Below, piece after piece: positions 57,991 through 60,364 of a stretch of 60,364 nt of DNA; position 1 is the stretch's first letter; each line of letters starts with the position of its first letter. Where the stretch lies: the NCBI GenBank assembly GCA_938083005.1, contig CALKCU010000002.1, positions 1 to 60,364 of the forward strand. The letters are read 5' to 3'. The notes beneath the pieces were generated by a model. That model saw only the letters and a program-made list of their open reading frames with translations, was not told where the DNA came from and made no database searches. This stretch comes from an uncultured Sulfolobales archaeon. GTDB taxonomy: Archaea; Thermoproteota; Thermoprotei_A; Sulfolobales; NBVN01. The position numbers and the translations under genes are program-made.

Positions 57991-59133
57991 TTAGCTTGCG
58001 GAGGAAACGCCGGGTCCCGCCGCGAGCTCGCGCGGGCCCCTCCACGGAAAGACGGTCCCCGAGTTCTTGAGAACCTCGAAAAGAGCGTCCTTGAGAGAGT
58101 CGAGGTTTATCCTCTTGAGGGCTGATATGCTAACCACCCTGTAGGGCCACACGTCGCTCCTCACCTCGGACTCAACAAGCTCCCTCAGCGCGATCTCTCT
58201 AGACGGATCCACGAGATCCAGCTTGTTCAGGGCTACGACTAGAGGCTTACCTACGTAGCCTATGTTCGTCAAGACCTTGAGGGACTCCCGGAGCTTAACT
58301 CTGAACTCGCCCTCCCCGTCCGACATGTCCATGATTAATACCACGGCCGAGGCGGACGAGATCTCCCTCAGGGTCGCGTAGAAGGCCTCGATCACCTCCG
58401 GCGGTATGTCCCTTATGAACCCTATAGTATCTATGAAGACCACCCTCAGACCGTCGAGGGGGACCATCTTCGCCTTCGTCGACGTCGTGGTCAGAAGCTC
58501 GGGGCCCGTGGCCCTCCTCTCGCCGGTTAGAGCGTTGAAAAGGGTAGTCTTGCCAGCGTTGGTGTAGCCCGCTACCGCTACGTGGACCAGCCCTATCTCC
58601 TCCCTCCTAGCCCTCTCATGATCCCTGACCCTCCTCAGCTTCTCCAGCTCTCTGCGCAACCTGCTCATCCTCCTCCTCACGTGAGCGTAGTAGGCGTCTA
58701 CGGCATAGCCTCCGGGACCTAGGAAACCCGGGAGTTCTCCCAACTTTGCTCTGTTTATCCAGTCTCTGAGTAGGGGGAGCTGGTGCCTCAGCCTGGCCAT
58801 CTCTACCTGTATCTTAGCTTCCTTCGATCCCGCGTGCTCCGCTAGGACGTCGAGGATCAGCATTACCCTGTCCTCAACCAGCATCCGTAGCTCCTTCATG
58901 AGATGACTCACGTGCCTCGGACTGAGGACGTCGTACACGTAGACTTTCCCGTAGCGCCCGCTCTCGACCATGCCCTTGACGACCTTAAGCCACTTCGGGG
59001 TGAAGTAGGTGGATGTCGAGGCTCTGTACCCGTTCGGCAGTTTCACGACGTCTACGCTACCGTGGACCGTTCTAGCGAGTTCCAGAGCCTCGACCAGGTC
59101 CCTCTCCCTAGCAACGAGCAGTACTGTGCCCAA
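57991..59133 (-). CDS. hflX: Ribosome-associated GTPase HflX
   Basis: EAK.Q.E.A.L, GYTNAGKT, DTIGFI, NKLD. Confidence 0.93.
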   Translation of the reverse strand: MGTVLLVARERDLVEALELARTVHGSVDVVKLPNGYRASTSTYFTPKWLKVVKGMVESGRYGKVYVYDVLSPRHVSHLMKELRMLVEDRVMLILDVLAEHAGSKEAKIQVEMARLRHQLPLLRDWINRAKLGELPGFLGPGGYAVDAYYAHVRRRMSRLRRELEKLRRVRDHERARREEIGLVHVAVAGYTNAGKTTLFNALTGERRATGPELLTTTSTKAKMVPLDGLRVVFIDTIGFIRDIPPEVIEAFYATLREISSASAVVLIMDMSDGEGEFRVKLRESLKVLTNIGYVGKPLVVALNKLDLVDPSREIALRELVESEVRSDVWPYRVVSISALKRINLDSLKDALFEVLKNSGTVFPWRGPRELAAGPGVSSAS

Positions 59134-59134
59134 T

Positions 59135-59647
59135 CTACCTCTCCCGCTTCTTCAGGGAGACGACGTCGCCCAGGGTCAGCTCTTTCATCTTAGCCGGGCT
59201 CGGGAGACGCGCTTGCCCTGCGTCCGCGAGGGGTTCGAGGAGCCTGATCGACAGAACGCTCTCGAGCTTTCTAGCCAAAGCTATCGTGGGCACTAGCCTC
59301 CCGGACTCTATCCTCTTTATCGTGCTCTCACTCTCCTTGACCATGTCCGCAAGGGCCTTCTGAGTCAGGCCCAGCCTCTCCCTGGCTTGCCTGACCCTCT
59401 CCGCGTAGTCCGGGACGACCTCGTACTCCTCCAGGAGCCTCTCCTCCGGTCTCGCCTCGACTCTCTCTCTGGGTCTCTGCTGGCGGACCCTGGACGCTTC
59501 TTCCTCTATCTCCCTCGCTACGTCCCTTCTCGAGAGCCTGCCGTAGCAGGGCGGACAGACTGACAGCCTGACGCTCTCGACGTAAATCACCCTCAGCTCG
59601 CGCCTCGGCACCGCTCTCCCGCACATCTCGCAGTACCCGTAGCTCAA
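59135..59647 (-). CDS. mbf1: Multiprotein bridging factor aMBF1
   Basis: CEMCG...VC..C zinc ribbon, Cro-type HTH, TLGDV; start set to TTG 59647. Confidence 0.92.
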   Translation of the reverse strand: MSYGYCEMCGRAVPRRELRVIYVESVRLSVCPPCYGRLSRRDVAREIEEEASRVRQQRPRERVEARPEERLLEEYEVVPDYAERVRQARERLGLTQKALADMVKESESTIKRIESGRLVPTIALARKLESVLSIRLLEPLADAGQARLPSPAKMKELTLGDVVSLKKRER

Positions 59648-60067
59648 GCGGGACGTCCCAACTACAGAGAGACCTACTGCTATATTATCTGCGTCAACCT
59701 CCCGCGCGTTCAGGGTCTCTCGTCTAGCCCACGGTTTCGGGTAGAAAAGTCGGTGGTGAGACGTAGAGCTCTCGACGAAGCTGGGAAGAGTTCCGACCGC
59801 GAGATGACGCATGCTACGGGGGCCTGCCCCCAGACTGATGACACCCTCCTCAGCCCCAGGGCCCCTCTAGGGGCTGGTGAGGAGCGGATTCGCCTCGACA
59901 GGATACGATACTGGCCGACCCCGGGCTGCGCGATCCGCTTAAGACCGCGCGACTCGAGACTCGCAACAAGCTCTCGCGGCTCATGCTCCTGCCCTGGATC
60001 CCCACTGCCACGATCTTCCGCACTCGCGGGTTTCTAGTTTTATTCTACAGTTCCCTTGGTAGCCCCG

Positions 60068-60364
60068 GTGGCGAGAACGGTAAGACGCGCTAGGATAGTC
60101 GCGTTCGCGACGCTGTGCTTCCTTCTATCAGCAGCTACCATTCTGCTAGTCAACCCACCGCGCAGCGGAATTGGCAGTGAGCTGAGGAGATCTTGGGAGG
60201 AGGTGAGAGGCGGTCTGACGCTTGAGTCTTCGAGGGCTCTTTTCGAGGGGATCGTGTCCCTTGGTCTATTCCTCCTCCTGCGAACCTTCACCATCTTGGA
60301 CATGCGGTACAGGCACTTCCTCGCGTTCCTCGCCGTCTCGATAGTGGCGCTCCTAGGCGTAGCC
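60068..60364 (+). CDS. Membrane protein, N-terminal part; runs off the window end
   Basis: Open frame from GTG 60068: MARTVRRARIVAFATLCFLLSAATILLV...FLAFLAVSIVALLGVA. Confidence 0.6.
   Translation, partial: MARTVRRARIVAFATLCFLLSAATILLVNPPRSGIGSELRRSWEEVRGGLTLESSRALFEGIVSLGLFLLLRTFTILDMRYRHFLAFLAVSIVALLGVA

Noticed and set aside
1-60364. Genome-wide UGA reassignment
   Set aside because: TGA ends many genes at their expected C-termini (e.g. lysA itself, rbcL, prs, uppS, bud32).
1-60364. Numerous antisense or overlapping ORFs; tRNA, rRNA, CRISPR and IS elements
   Set aside because: Shadow ORFs follow from high GC3 codon bias. I found no cloverleaf, spaced repeat array or transposase motif by eye.

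Overview
GC-rich archaeal chromosomal window. It is most likely from a hyperthermophilic Thermoproteota/Crenarchaeota lineage, judging from the intron-split cbf5, Alba, gar1-tfb2, separate kae1/bud32 and heavy AGG/ATA codon use. It holds about 60 mostly housekeeping genes: translation and RNA modification (rps24e, rps27ae, kae1, bud32, cbf5, rpl14e, ileS, dhs, hflX, mbf1), PAN, XPB, EndoIV, ABC/ECF/MFS transporters and di-myo-inositol-phosphate genes. No tRNA, rRNA, CRISPR array or transposase was seen. Main oddities: (1) an otherwise intact LysA-family decarboxylase has an in-frame UGA exactly at the catalytic Cys codon, and a neighbouring gene has a second in-frame UGA at a probable Trp codon; (2) a form III Rubisco lies divergent to two tandem ribose-1,5-bisphosphate isomerase/eIF2B paralogues, one lacking both catalytic residues, followed by PRPP synthetase; (3) an AdoMetDC/ArgDC homologue has lost its pyruvoyl-forming Ser and is translationally coupled to a GNAT; (4) a 20-nt BHB-type intron sits in the catalytic Asp codon of cbf5; (5) bud32 has no canonical start codon; (6) an EVE-like/PD-(D/E)XK nuclease, an archaeal GH84, aCcr1-like boxes upstream of gar1-tfb2 and several candidate C/D-box or K-turn RNAs are present. 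All family calls come from motif recognition by eye, not from database searches.
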